From the NCBI GenBank assembly GCA_963755715.1, contig CAVWLW010000036.1, positions 32,001-96,000 on the forward strand: a DNA stretch of 64,000 bases. The letters run 5' to 3'. The notes under the pieces were generated by a model. The model was given only the letters and a program-made list of their open reading frames with translations, ran no database searches and was not told the origin of the DNA. A program made the position numbers and the translations under genes. This DNA comes from an uncultured delta proteobacterium (GTDB lineage Bacteria > Desulfobacterota > Binatia > UBA9968). Positions 31,634 through 42,165 of the stretch are shown piece by piece. Each line of letters starts with the position of its first letter. Positions within the stretch are counted from its first letter, which is position 1.

Positions 31634-31711
31634 CAGGCAATAGGCATTAGTAAAAGCAAAAATCCGAAATATATCTTCCGACTATTGCCTGTTGCTAATG
31701 CCTATTGCCTG
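31634..31711. repeat. Inverted 7-mer array (GCAATAG/CTATTGC)
   Basis: Perfect 17-bp IR caggcaataggcattag / ctaatgcctattgcctg. Confidence 0.75.
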
Positions 31712-31716
31712 AAACT

Positions 31717-32475
31717 ATGTTGAGCAATCTTCGAATCATTTTGGTTCATCCGCGCGGCTCGGGCAACATCGGCTCGGTGGCGCGCGCGATGAAAAATGTC
31801 GATGCCGGCGAGCTCGCCATCGTCGGTAAAGGGCGCACACGGAGTTTTTGGGCGAGAGCGATGGCCGTGCACGGCCGCGAAATCTTGGCTGATGCCAAGT
31901 CCTACGAGACTCTTCGCGATGCGATCGCCGACAGCACACTCGTCGTCGGCACCACGTGCCGAGCCGGACTCTATCGCAGCCACAGCCAAACACCGAAAGA
32001 AGTCGCGCCCACGGTCGTCGATGCTTTGGAGAAGGGTAAAGTTGCGCTGATCTTCGGCCCGGAAGATCACGGTCTCAGCAACAAGGACCTGGAACATTGC
32101 CAACTTCTCGTCACGATTCCGATGCACCCCGATTATCCCTCGCTGAACGTCGCCCAAGCCGCCGTCATCTGTCTTTACGAGTTTTACGTCGCATCGCTGA
32201 TGCCAATGAACGACTCGACGGTAAAACGAGCCGACGCTGAACAGGTCGAGAGACTCTTTGACATCATGAGAAATTCGCTGTTAAAGATCGGCTTTCTGGA
32301 TTCGGAAAATCCCGAGCATATGCTGCTCGCTTTTCGCCGCATTTTCGGTCGCGCCGGCTTGGAGGAAAAGGACGTGAGAATTTTGACCGGCATGTTTCGC
32401 CAGATCGAATGGTACGCAAAAGAGGGCTGGAAAGTTGTCGAAGAAAAAGAAAAGAAGGGGATAAAAATCAGATAG
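31717..32475 (+). CDS. trmJ: TrmJ/LasT family SPOUT RNA methyltransferase
   Basis: GNIGSVARAMKN, FGPEDHGLSN, YPSLNVAQA. Confidence 0.88.
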   Translation: MLSNLRIILVHPRGSGNIGSVARAMKNVDAGELAIVGKGRTRSFWARAMAVHGREILADAKSYETLRDAIADSTLVVGTTCRAGLYRSHSQTPKEVAPTVVDALEKGKVALIFGPEDHGLSNKDLEHCQLLVTIPMHPDYPSLNVAQAAVICLYEFYVASLMPMNDSTVKRADAEQVERLFDIMRNSLLKIGFLDSENPEHMLLAFRRIFGRAGLEEKDVRILTGMFRQIEWYAKEGWKVVEEKEKKGIKIR

Positions 32476-32541
32476 ACTTAATTGTCGGACCGCGATGGAC
32501 ACTCATCTCCAGGAGCAAAACTTTTCGGAAGGGAGGAGCTC

Positions 32542-33549
32542 ATGAAAGTACTATGGGTCGCCTTTGCCGTGTTTCTCGCACTCTCCCACGTCGAAGCTCC
32601 GGCTCTTGCCAATCATCGCCAATCGATCCGAGTAGCTTATCCCAGCCTCGGCCTTCCCCAAGCGCCGCTCTGGATCGCCAGCGCGGCGAATTATTTCAAT
32701 GAAGTGGGACTGCGCGTCGAGTCCTTGTTTATCCAGAATAGCTCCACGGTCATCCAGTCTATGCTGTCGGATGAAATCGACTATGCCATGGTCGGACCGG
32801 CGCCCGTAGTCGCGGTGGACCTTCGCGGCGCCGACATCGTCATGATCGCGACGACGATCCCGACCTTGATTTTCTACGTGATCGCGCGACCGGAAATCCA
32901 AAAGGTCGAAGATCTAAAAGGGAAGTCCCTCGGTTTTGGCCGCTTCGGTTCCAACACCGATTTTGCCGCGCGCTTGCTGCTGGAAAAATACGGCTTGGTT
33001 GCGAACAAGGACGTGGCCATGATCCAAACCGTGGGCGGGAACGCGACGGTGTTGGCGGTCAGCACGGGCAAGGTTCACGCCGGCATCACTACGGACGTGG
33101 GGATGTTGGAAGGAAAGAAACTCGGCCTTAGAGAACTTTTCGCCTTCAAAGACCTGGGAATCCCATTTGCCCATGCCGGCTTTGCCGCCAAGCGCTCTTT
33201 CCTCAAGAACCATGAGAACGAAACCCTCAATTTCCTGCGGGCGATTTCCAAAGCGGTCTATCGCATGATGGCAGATAAGAACTTCAGTACCCAGGTGATT
33301 CAAAAAGTTTCCCGGGTCGATGACAAAGCGATCGTCGAAGCCGGTTACGAGCTGCACGCTCAACAATTTCTTCAGAAGAAGCTTTATACCACGCCGCCCA
33401 TGATTCAAACCGTGCTGCGCCAGGTCGGCGAGAGCCTTCCAGCGGCGCTCAATCTCAACCCAGCCGACTTGATTGACAATCGTTACATCCAGACGCTCGA
33501 TCAGCAGGGCCTCTTCGCGGACCTAAATCGGACCTTCAAACCGCGATAG
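32542..33549 (+). CDS. ABC substrate-binding protein, SsuA/NMT1 type
   Basis: GGAGGAG RBS, signal peptide, DLKGKSLGFGRFGS. Confidence 0.87.
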   Translation: MKVLWVAFAVFLALSHVEAPALANHRQSIRVAYPSLGLPQAPLWIASAANYFNEVGLRVESLFIQNSSTVIQSMLSDEIDYAMVGPAPVVAVDLRGADIVMIATTIPTLIFYVIARPEIQKVEDLKGKSLGFGRFGSNTDFAARLLLEKYGLVANKDVAMIQTVGGNATVLAVSTGKVHAGITTDVGMLEGKKLGLRELFAFKDLGIPFAHAGFAAKRSFLKNHENETLNFLRAISKAVYRMMADKNFSTQVIQKVSRVDDKAIVEAGYELHAQQFLQKKLYTTPPMIQTVLRQVGESLPAALNLNPADLIDNRYIQTLDQQGLFADLNRTFKPR

Positions 33550-33593
33550 GGTGCACGGGAAACCCAAAAGTATCGTTCTCAGGAGGACAAGCC

Positions 33594-34230
33594 ATGAACG
33601 TCAACCACTTCGAGCTCAAGAAAACCGCACTGTTGTTCTTCGATATACTCAACGGCTACGTCGCCGAACCGGAGCCGGGCAAGCCGCGTGTTTTGAAACC
33701 CTGGATTCAAAACGCCGTCAAGCTCAGCAAGGCCGGCCGCGCCGCCGGATTGCCGATTTTTTTCGCCAAGGGCAACCATCGTCCCGACAACGCCACCACA
33801 GCGCTTATCCTCACCGATACCAATAATTCCCTCACGCCGTGGCCCAATGGCGAAGTAACAAAAACAAAGATGCACGTCGTCGCCGGTAGACAAAAGCTCC
33901 GACGTGCTGGCCGATCTTGGACCGGCGCCGGACGATTATTACATCGTCAAGTATCGCTGGAGCGCCTTTCATCAAACCTATCTGGATCTCGCGCTGCGCG
34001 CCCGCGGCATCGACACGATCATTATTTCCGGCGGCTCGACGGATGTCGGCGTCACATCGACTTTGTATTCCGGCAGAGACCTGGACTATAACATGATCGT
34101 CGTCAGCGACGCCTGTGGCACGTCGCACGATCAACGCGCCCACGATATGCTAATGGAACTGGTTTTCCCGCGCATGTCGCGCGTGCGCACCACCGATCAA
34201 GTGATCTCGATGATAGAGAGGACGCGATAG
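33594..34230 (+). CDS. Isochorismatase/cysteine hydrolase family protein; +1 frameshift near 33888
   Basis: TALLFFD...KYRWSAF, GGSTDVGV, VSDAC across two ORFs. Confidence 0.82.
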
Positions 34231-34250
34231 TCGCCATCGGCGCTAATCAA

Positions 34251-34320
34251 GTTGTCATCTCGAACGGAGTGAGAGATCTTTCCCTGTTCAGATTTCTCGC
34301 CTGCAGGTCGAAATCACAAC
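34251..34320. repeat. REP-like palindromic element (TGTCAT.TCGA family)
   Basis: gttgtcatctcgaacggagtgagagatct...agatttctc...tcgaaatcacaac. Confidence 0.65.
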
Positions 34321-34366
34321 CAGGAAACGGATGAATTCTTAACGTTAGTAATTGCAGGAGGACTTC

Positions 34367-35503
34367 ATGGCATCCAATGGCACTGCCCCCGTCGGCGTAA
34401 GTCAGAACATTAAACAGATCGGCCGCATGGATTTACCCGGCGGCGGTTCCGTCGTCGTCGAAAACGGTTACGCCTACGTCGGTCACATGGATCCGCCGCA
34501 CGGCACTTCGATCATCGACGTCAAGGATCCGAAGAATCCGAAAATCGTCGCCCACCTGGAAATTCCCGAGGGTTTGCACTCGCACAAGGTGCGGGTTAGC
34601 GGCGACATCATGTTGATCAACTACGAGCGCTACAAGGCTAAACAACAGCTACAATCGGGCCTCAAAGTGTTCGACATCTCCGATCGCGCCAAGCCGCGCG
34701 AGATACATTTTTACAAGACCTACGGCAAGGGCGTGCATCGCTTCACCTTCGACGGCCGCTACGCTTACATCTCGCCCACGATGGAAGGCTACAACGGCAA
34801 CATCGCCGTGGTTCTGGACATGAAGAACCCGCAAAAGCCCGAAGAGGTCTGCCGCTGGTGGATGCCTGGGCAGTGGACCGCCGGTGGTGAAACTGCGACT
34901 TGGCACGGCTTGGCGACTCGCTGTCATCATCCGATCCGCAAGGGCGATCGACTCTACATCAGCTACTGGCACGGCGGCTTCGCCATCGTCGACATCTCCG
35001 ACATGAGCAAGCCGAAAACAGTGAGCACGCTCGACTGGAGCCCGCCGTATCCCTGTCCGACGCACACTACTTTGCCGATGCTGAATAAAATTATGGAGCG
35101 TGACTGGATGATCGTCACCGACGAAGAAGTCGGCGAGAAGCTCAATGAAACCCACAACGCATTTCTGTGGGTCGTCGATATCACCAAGGAAGAACTGCCG
35201 CTTCCCATCGCAACGTTCATCGTGCCCTTCGACGGAAAATCGACGAACGAGTTCCGCTTCGGCGCGCACCAACCTGCGGAACAGGTTTACGGCAACACGC
35301 TCTACGTCACTTGGTTCGGCGGCGGCCTGCGCGCGGTGGATTTTTCCAATCCGTACATCCCAAAGGAAGTCGGCTATTATATTCCGAATCCAGGCAAGGG
35401 ACAGAAAGTTGTCATGAGCAACGACGTCTTCCACGACAAAGACGGCAAGCTCTATCTCATGGACCGGTACGACGGACTGGAGATATTAGAACCGCAAATC
35501 TAG
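34367..35503 (+). CDS. LVIVD-repeat beta-propeller protein
   Basis: Repeated IIDVKDPKNP / VFDISDRAKP / IVDISDMSKP / AVDFSNPYIP. Confidence 0.85.
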   Translation: MASNGTAPVGVSQNIKQIGRMDLPGGGSVVVENGYAYVGHMDPPHGTSIIDVKDPKNPKIVAHLEIPEGLHSHKVRVSGDIMLINYERYKAKQQLQSGLKVFDISDRAKPREIHFYKTYGKGVHRFTFDGRYAYISPTMEGYNGNIAVVLDMKNPQKPEEVCRWWMPGQWTAGGETATWHGLATRCHHPIRKGDRLYISYWHGGFAIVDISDMSKPKTVSTLDWSPPYPCPTHTTLPMLNKIMERDWMIVTDEEVGEKLNETHNAFLWVVDITKEELPLPIATFIVPFDGKSTNEFRFGAHQPAEQVYGNTLYVTWFGGGLRAVDFSNPYIPKEVGYYIPNPGKGQKVVMSNDVFHDKDGKLYLMDRYDGLEILEPQI

Positions 35504-35532
35504 AATGCGCCGCCTTCAAAGTTCAGTTGCCT

Positions 35533-36123
35533 ATGAAATTGTACAACGTCGCTTATTCGGGCAACTCTTATAAAGTCCGTCTGCTGCTCGCGCAACTCAG
35601 CGTTCCCTGCGAGATCGTCGAAGTCGATATCTTAAAAGGCGAAAGCCGCACCACGGAATTCTTAAAGATCAATCCCAACGGCCGCACGCCAGTGCTCGAC
35701 GACAACGGCTTTATTCTCGCGGAATCCAACGCCATCCTTGCGTATCTTGCCAAAGGAACGAAATTTCTACCCGAAGACCGGCAGAAGTTCGCGCTGGTAT
35801 TCCAGTGGATGTTCTTCGAGCAATACAGCCACGAACCCTACATCGCGACGTCTCGTTTTTGGCTCCAGCACAAACCCGACTCACCCGAAAAATCTGCGCT
35901 TCTCGCATCAAAGCGCGACGGCGGCTGGGCTGCGTTGAAGATCATGGAAGACCATCTGGTAAAAACCGATTTCTTCGTCGGCGATTACAGCATCGCCGAC
36001 ATTGCTTTCTTCGCTTATACGCACGTCTCGCATGAAGGCGGATTTCCGCTGGATGATTTTCCGAGAATTCAAGCGTGGATCGAACGAGTGAAAGCGCAGC
36101 CAGGGTTTGTGTCCATGATATAA
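35533..36123 (+). CDS. Glutathione S-transferase family protein
   Basis: SGNSYKVRL, INPNGRTPVL, AESNAIL, YSIADIA; true start ATG 35533. Confidence 0.92.
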   Translation: MKLYNVAYSGNSYKVRLLLAQLSVPCEIVEVDILKGESRTTEFLKINPNGRTPVLDDNGFILAESNAILAYLAKGTKFLPEDRQKFALVFQWMFFEQYSHEPYIATSRFWLQHKPDSPEKSALLASKRDGGWAALKIMEDHLVKTDFFVGDYSIADIAFFAYTHVSHEGGFPLDDFPRIQAWIERVKAQPGFVSMI

Positions 36124-36145
36124 AGTCGTCGAACTTTGTAATTTT

Positions 36146-36165
36146 GTAGGGTGCGCTTGCGCGCC
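36146..36165 (+). repeat. GTAG-type REP
   Basis: GTAGGGTGCGCTTGCGCGCC upstream of RAYT. Confidence 0.8.
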
Positions 36166-36234
36166 ATCCGAGCGCTCGCATGCGCGACTATGTTATATGA
36201 TTTGCCTTCTCTCCGCTCGTTGACCCGACAAAGC

Positions 36235-36777
36235 ATGTCCGAGTATCGACGCGCCCATATTCCCGGCGGGGCTTACTTCTTTACTGTTAAGACCTTCGAG
36301 CGCAAGCCCGTTTTGACTCATGAGCATTACCGTATCGCTCTGCGCGAGGCAATTACCGAAGTACGAGGGAGACTGCCTTTCGACAGCCTCGCCTGGGTTT
36401 TGCTTCCCGACCATATCCATACCATTTGGAAATTACCTGAGGGCGATGTCGATTACTCCCTACGCTGGTCGCTAATCAAACAACACGTCACTCGGAAATG
36501 TGCGGAAAGGACTCAAGAGGTGTTAGTCAGCCAGTCACGGCAAAAACGCCGCGAAGGTACGATTTGGCAACGCCGTTTCTGGGAACATCTGATACGTGAT
36601 GATCGCGATTTCCGACGTCACATTGACTACATTCACTATAATCCAGTGAAGCACGGCTATGTTTCAAAAGTGGTCGACTGGCCATATTCAACGTTTCATC
36701 GATTTGTCCGTAACGGTGTCTATCCGACAGATTGGGCGAGTGCTGATGAAAACACAGCGTCAAATTATGGAGAGTAA
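36235..36777 (+). mobile_element. rayT: REP-associated tyrosine transposase (RAYT, Y1 HUH)
   Basis: YRRAHIPGGAYFFTV, VLLPDHIH (HUH), IWQRRFWEH, DYIHYNPVKHG, DWPYSTFHR; flanked by inverted REPs. Confidence 0.93.
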
Positions 36778-36780
36778 AGC

Positions 36781-36864
36781 GGTGCGCAAGCGCACCCTAC
36801 AGCTCTGAATGAGATAGATTGCACATTCTGCAAAACCTGAGATCGTAGGGTGCGCTCGCGCACC
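36781..36864. repeat. Pair of GTAG-type REPs downstream of RAYT
   Basis: GGTGCGCAAGCGCACCCTAC (36781-36800) and GTAGGGTGCGCTCGCGCACC (36845-36864). Confidence 0.85.
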
Positions 36865-36873
36865 ATCCATTTT

Positions 36874-37779
36874 CTAGACTCGAGCCTTCTTAATTTCTTC
36901 CATCTCTTCCAGACTCCGCGGCCAATCGTCTTTGAGCAATCGCGACAAGCTCCGATCTGCCAAAAGCTTGCCACCCGTCTGGCACGTCGCGCAGTAGTTG
37001 GTCTCATTCTCCGCATGCACGATTCTTTGCACCGGTGAGCCGCAGACGGGGCACGGTTTGCGGTACTTGCCGTGCACCGCCATATCCGGACGAAACGCGG
37101 TAACTTTTTCGGGGAAGCCGGTTCCTCGTTCTTTTCGCAGCCGCTCGACCCATTCAGTGAGCGATTCGCGGACTGCGTGATAGAGACGTTCGATCTCGGT
37201 GTCCGTCATTTGCTTCGTCAGGCGGATCGGCGATAGCTTGGCGCGATGAAGGATCTCATCCGAGTAAGCATTGCCGATACCGCTGAATAAGTGGGGATCG
37301 GTCAGCGAGCGCTTCAAAGTGTGATTCTCGCTTGTCAGTGCTTCGCGAAATTGAGCGAGAGTCGCGTCGAGAACCTCGAGACCACCGGGATCGTGTTCTC
37401 GCAGGGCGGCTTCGCCCCGGACTAAATGAATCGACGCGCGCTTCTTGGTCCCCGCTTCGGTCAAGAGCAATGTGCCGTGGGGAAAATCGAAGGCCGCCTG
37501 TCCATATTTACGGGCGATCTTCGCGCCTTTCGGTTTCCAGTGAAATCGTCCGGCGATCATCAAATGAACGATCAGGAAAAGATCGTCTTCGAGCTCGAAA
37601 ACGATGCGCTTACCAACCCGGCGGAGCGCCAGAACTTTCTTGCCTTCGGCTGCGCTGAGCGGCGGTTCGAAGGAGCGCAGGACAAACGGGCTGCCGATGC
37701 GAATCTTCTGAATCGGCTGATTCAGGACGCGCTCCGTTAGAGCTTCTATGTAAACGGTGACGTCGGGAAACTCGGGCAT
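36874..37779 (-). CDS. Fpg/Nei family DNA glycosylase
   Basis: MPEFPDV start, [27 protein letters not shown]...CATCQ zinc finger. Confidence 0.92.
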   Translation of the reverse strand: MPEFPDVTVYIEALTERVLNQPIQKIRIGSPFVLRSFEPPLSAAEGKKVLALRRVGKRIVFELEDDLFLIVHLMIAGRFHWKPKGAKIARKYGQAAFDFPHGTLLLTEAGTKKRASIHLVRGEAALREHDPGGLEVLDATLAQFREALTSENHTLKRSLTDPHLFSGIGNAYSDEILHRAKLSPIRLTKQMTDTEIERLYHAVRESLTEWVERLRKERGTGFPEKVTAFRPDMAVHGKYRKPCPVCGSPVQRIVHAENETNYCATCQTGGKLLADRSLSRLLKDDWPRSLEEMEEIKKARV

Positions 37780-37897
37780 GATGGGAAAAACGAAGATCGA
37801 GAATGGAGAATCGACGATCACAGTCCTCGATCCTCGAACTTTTTTGCAAGCTTCCTTGCGGCTAAACGAAACCTTTCTTTGTGTTTTTTTCGTCTGA

Positions 37898-37921
37898 GGG
37901 CGCGCTGAATCGCGCCCCTAC
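37898..37921 (-). repeat. GTAG-type REP (variant stem)
   Basis: Reverse complement reads GTAGGGGCGCGATTCAGCGCGCCC. Confidence 0.65.
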
Positions 37922-37926
37922 GGTGG

Positions 37927-39348
37927 TTAATTCTGACTTCCGCCTTCCCTCAACGTCAAAAACTCCTTCGCCTGCATCGGAAACAGTACGCCAAGGAGAA
38001 GGTCTTCGTCGTTCTTCGCCAATGGCCCCAAGTCTTTGATTGCCTTGTCCCAATCCGCAGGATCGGCCATTTCGCCGGAGCGCAGGGAATAATCGGGCTC
38101 CTTGTCTTTCATGATTTTCTTTACCAGGTCTTTATTGACTACACCCGGCGGGCGTCCGTATTTCCCCTTGACGTAATCGGTCGTCTCCTTGGTGACGATC
38201 TTGTATCTCTCTCCCGCGAGAACGTTGAGTACGGCCTGCACGCCGACGATCTGGCTGGTCGGCGTGAGCAGCGGCGGATGGCCGAGATCTTTCTCCACGC
38301 TCGGTGTTTCTTTGAGCGCGGCGTCCATCAGATCCATGCGCTTGGCTTCTTTGAGTTGCGCGACCATGTTCGAGATCATCCCGCCGGGTACTTTGTGAAT
38401 GAACACGTCGCCGCTGACTCCGGTGTAACCGGTCTCGAATTTTTCGTACTTTTCTTTGATTTGCCGTGTGATTTGCGCCGGCTCTTCGAGCACTTTCAAA
38501 TCGATGCCGGTGTCGAAAGGTGTTCCGCTCAGCGACGCCACCATGCTCTCGGTCGCGGGATGCGCCGATCCGAACGATAACGGCGACAAAACCGTGTCGA
38601 CCATGTCGACGCCGGCGAGAATCGCCATCAGGTGGCACATGCTGGAGGTCCCGCCCATGTCGTGACAGTGGAGCAGCACCGGCAGCTTGCCCTTGGCGCG
38701 GTCTTTGATGCCTTTGATGATACGGTAAGCATTGAACGGCGTCATGATCCCGGTGGCGTCTTTGAGCGACAACCAGTCGGCGCCGACCTCGATCAGCTGC
38801 TCCGCGTATTCCATCCACTTTTCCAATGTATGAACCGGGCTTACCGTGTAATTGACTTCGACGTGCGCCTCGCCGCCGAACTCCTTCACCGCCTTGGTCG
38901 CTGTTTCGATATTGCGAAAGTCGTTGGTCGCTTCGAATACGCGGAAAACATTGATCCCGTTGGCGACGGCTCTCTCGACAAATTTGTAGACGATCGTATC
39001 CGTGTACGGACGGTAGGCGAGAATATGTTGGCCGCGCAAAAGCATCTGCAGCTTGGTTTTGGGCATGACCGCTTTCATCCGCCGCAGCCGCTCCCACGGA
39101 TCTTCGTTGAGATAGCGCATGCACACATCAAACGTCGCGCCGCCCCACACTTCCACCGCGTAGAAACCGCAATTGTCGATGGAGGCACATAGCGGCAGGA
39201 GATCGTCGGTGGTGACGCGCGTCGCCAGCTTGCACTGCTGCCCATCCCGCGGTGTCAGATCGGTGATTCTTACCCTTCGGCTGCCAGCCGGCTCAGATAG
39301 CAGCGTTTTCATGTCGGCGGCCAATTGATCCAAAATTTCTTCACTCAT
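37927..39348 (-). CDS. Pyruvate/oxaloacetate carboxyltransferase subunit (PycB/OadA/transcarboxylase 5S-like) without biotin domain
   Basis: RDGQQC, EVWGGATFD, EDPWERLR, QMLLRGQ, HCH, PGGMISN, LLTPTSQIVGVQA; no AMKM. Confidence 0.88.
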   Translation of the reverse strand: MSEEILDQLAADMKTLLSEPAGSRRVRITDLTPRDGQQCKLATRVTTDDLLPLCASIDNCGFYAVEVWGGATFDVCMRYLNEDPWERLRRMKAVMPKTKLQMLLRGQHILAYRPYTDTIVYKFVERAVANGINVFRVFEATNDFRNIETATKAVKEFGGEAHVEVNYTVSPVHTLEKWMEYAEQLIEVGADWLSLKDATGIMTPFNAYRIIKGIKDRAKGKLPVLLHCHDMGGTSSMCHLMAILAGVDMVDTVLSPLSFGSAHPATESMVASLSGTPFDTGIDLKVLEEPAQITRQIKEKYEKFETGYTGVSGDVFIHKVPGGMISNMVAQLKEAKRMDLMDAALKETPSVEKDLGHPPLLTPTSQIVGVQAVLNVLAGERYKIVTKETTDYVKGKYGRPPGVVNKDLVKKIMKDKEPDYSLRSGEMADPADWDKAIKDLGPLAKNDEDLLLGVLFPMQAKEFLTLREGGSQN

Positions 39349-39590
39349 GGGATGGCTCCTGTTTATCGCGACTCTAACAACCAATGCGTTGCTTAGAAGG
39401 TTTATAGGCTATTTCCCGCGCCACAGTAAAGCAGTGAAAGCGCGGCACGCTTGCACATATTTTTCCGTTCTGCGGTCTGCCTTCTTTCTGCTCCCGGCCT
39501 AAATGTTTGGAAAGATTTGAACGCATTGAACGATTGGAATAAAGTTTCGTCGCCTTGCTTTTCTCGACCGATTCTCTTACAAACCGGCTG

Positions 39591-39938
39591 ATGAGGATCG
39601 TCAGACTTTACACAGGAGCGGACAACGAATCGCATTTCGAAGACATCGAGATCGAGCTCAATCCGATTGGACACATGCAAGCCTCCGCGTTGCAACCAAC
39701 GCATGGCATCATGTTTCGCTCGTCGCCGCCGTCTCATTTAAGCGATTATCATCCCGTGCCGAAACGCCAATATGTCATCACTCTTTCCGGCCAGGTCGAG
39801 ATCGAAACCGGCGACGGCACGGTACGTCGTTTCGGTCCGGGCGACGTCATGCTCGCCGAAGACACCACCGGGCGCGGCCATATCACGAGGGTCGTCGGAA
39901 ATCAGCCGCGTCACTACGTTTTCATTCCGCTCAAGTAG
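39591..39938 (+). CDS. Small cupin domain protein
   Basis: ESHFED, HPVPKRQYV, EDTTGRGH. Confidence 0.8.
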   Translation: MRIVRLYTGADNESHFEDIEIELNPIGHMQASALQPTHGIMFRSSPPSHLSDYHPVPKRQYVITLSGQVEIETGDGTVRRFGPGDVMLAEDTTGRGHITRVVGNQPRHYVFIPLK

Positions 39939-39968
39939 GAACGACTCATCGATAGACAAAAATCATCC

Positions 39969-41157
39969 GTGCCTGCGCAGCGGGACCGTCTATCCGTTTG
40001 CATCATCCCCTGCGCGAACTTGATGCCGTCCATGATGGTGGCGACACTCGGGATCGCGTCTACCGGAGATCCGCGGCACCTTTTCGCTTTCTGAAGTCGC
40101 CGGAGGCAGTCTCTTCTCCGTCATGATGGTCGTTGCCGCTCTTACGAGCGGCGTTGCCGGCCGGCTTGCCGATCGTATCGGCCGAAAACCCGCGCTCATC
40201 ACTGGGCTTACCCTTTTGGCCACGGGCTTCACTCTCGCGGCATTCAGTCAGGATACGCTGTTGTTTTTTTGTTGCCTCGGCATAACGGGCGTCGGCTACG
40301 GCTTCACATCGCCCTCGCTTTACGCCATCATGTCGGATCTGCTACCGCATCGGCGCGGTCTTGGTACTAGCCTCGTTTCCGTAACTTACGGCATCGGCGG
40401 GGCCATAGGAGCCGTATTGGCAAGTCGTATCGTCGCGGCGTTTGGATGGCGCACGGCGTTTCTTACAGTAGGACTGATCGCCGCCGCGGATATGTTGCTG
40501 CAGTTTTATTGGATTCGAGATCAGCGCCGAAGGCGAGCGGCCGCGCGCTCGGGGCCTATCAAATCCGCGCTTTCCGCATCGACGGCGATTTTAGCGGCCG
40601 CCGAATTCATCGGTGGATCCGTATTCTGGAGCTCAGCCGCTTGGACTCCAACCGCGTTGCGCGCCGCTAAGGCCCTCAGTCTTCAAGAAACCGGTTGGAT
40701 CATGGGTGTTTTGAGCGTGGCTAATATGCTCGGATCGTTTACCCTCGGATCGTTGTCCGACAAATTTGGCCGCAAACGCGTGATCGTCCTGAGTGCCCTT
40801 CCAGCCGCAGCGGCGGCTTTCATGGTGTTCTACTGGCTGGATTCTGCCATGGGTCTCGCGACAGGAATATTTGTTTTCGGATTACTCAAGGCGTCCGTCC
40901 CGGCTCTGGTCGTGGCACTTGCGCAGGAAACTGCGCCACCCCGCAGTGCCGGCACCGCCGCCGGCGCGATTATGTCGCTGCACTACACGGCGGGCGTACT
41001 CGCACCGTTGCTCGCGGCACAGCTCATTACCGGCACCGGCGATATCCTCGTTGCGATGATTCTCGTCTCGTCAGTGCCGCTTCTACTCTACGCTGCGTTG
41101 ATTGGCGCCGTGCGCGAGCGCACCGACGAAGAACCGGTACTGCGGATGCAAAATTGA
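39969..41157 (+). CDS. MFS transporter; +1 frameshift near 40059, start approximate
   Basis: GRLADRIGRK and GSLSDKFGRK MFS motifs; upstream frame gives ..ATLGIA/LPEIRGTFSLS. Confidence 0.82.
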
Positions 41158-41176
41158 TTCGGCAGATCGAACGCGG

Positions 41177-42019
41177 TTACAGCCCAAGAATTCGCTCAGC
41201 GTTTTGATGAAAAAGTTTTTCCATCAGATCGTCCGAATACGCCAGCTCTTTCCACTCTTTAAAGATACGGTCGTAAGGAATGCTCGGGTAGTCACTGCCG
41301 AACATGATCTTGTCTTTCAGTCTGCCTTTGATGTCGCGCTTGAGCGCTTCGGGAAAATATTTTGGCGCCCAACCGGATAACTCCCACGAAACGTTGCCCT
41401 TGTGCAGCGCCACGGCAAGCATCTCCTCAGTCCACGGCCAGCCCGGATGCGCCGCGACGATATTTAGATTGGGGAAATCGGCCGCAAGCCGATCGATCGC
41501 CGCGGGATGCGCGTGGCGAATCACTGCGCCCAAACCGCCGGGCATGCCGGCGCCCATGCCCGTCGTGCCAACGTCGATCATCACAGGCACTTTGAGCTCG
41601 TTGATAGTCTCCCAAAGCGGATACAGTTTTCTTTCGTCGACGGAAAAATGGCCCATGATCGGATGGAAGTGAAAACCAAAAAGTTTCAGCTCTTCGATCG
41701 CTTTTTTCGCATCCTCGATCGCCTGCGCGCCTTTTAGCGGATCGACGGCGCCCCAAGCTTGGCGAATCACGCCAGGGTTGTTGTCACGCATCCTCGCGAC
41801 GTATTCGTTTGTACAGGGCGGCGCGCCAGTGACGGATTCGATGTCAAACGCGACGAGCATCGCCTCCACGCCGGCTTGCTTGAATTCTTCGATGACCTCC
41901 GCTTCGCTCTTCCACGTCCAAGCGCGATTCCAGTATTTCGCCAACGCTTCGACGTAGGGTCCCTGTGATTTTATCCAGGGCTCGGTGTTGGGATAGCAAT
42001 GAAGATCGATGATTCGCAC
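41177..42019 (-). CDS. Amidohydrolase family 2 protein
   Basis: IIDLHCY, FHFHP, AHPGWPW, LSGWAPKYFP, FGSDYP; GTG start with GGGAG RBS. Confidence 0.88.
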   Translation of the reverse strand: MRIIDLHCYPNTEPWIKSQGPYVEALAKYWNRAWTWKSEAEVIEEFKQAGVEAMLVAFDIESVTGAPPCTNEYVARMRDNNPGVIRQAWGAVDPLKGAQAIEDAKKAIEELKLFGFHFHPIMGHFSVDERKLYPLWETINELKVPVMIDVGTTGMGAGMPGGLGAVIRHAHPAAIDRLAADFPNLNIVAAHPGWPWTEEMLAVALHKGNVSWELSGWAPKYFPEALKRDIKGRLKDKIMFGSDYPSIPYDRIFKEWKELAYSDDLMEKLFHQNAERILGL

Positions 42020-42165
42020 GATTCGAGTTACTCCCAGGATCCGCTTAAATTCAGACAGCGTGTGAGAATAACGTTCGGCGCTCTGAAGTGTCAAGGCACC
42101 GATGTCCGCTAGACAATCATTTCCGCCTGGAGTAAGTGGGATTTCGGCAGGGAGGTCACAAAATT

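Noticed and set aside
35167-35532. N-terminal extension of the GST ORF
   Set aside because: Out-of-frame overlap with the LVIVD gene; GST homology starts at ATG 35533.
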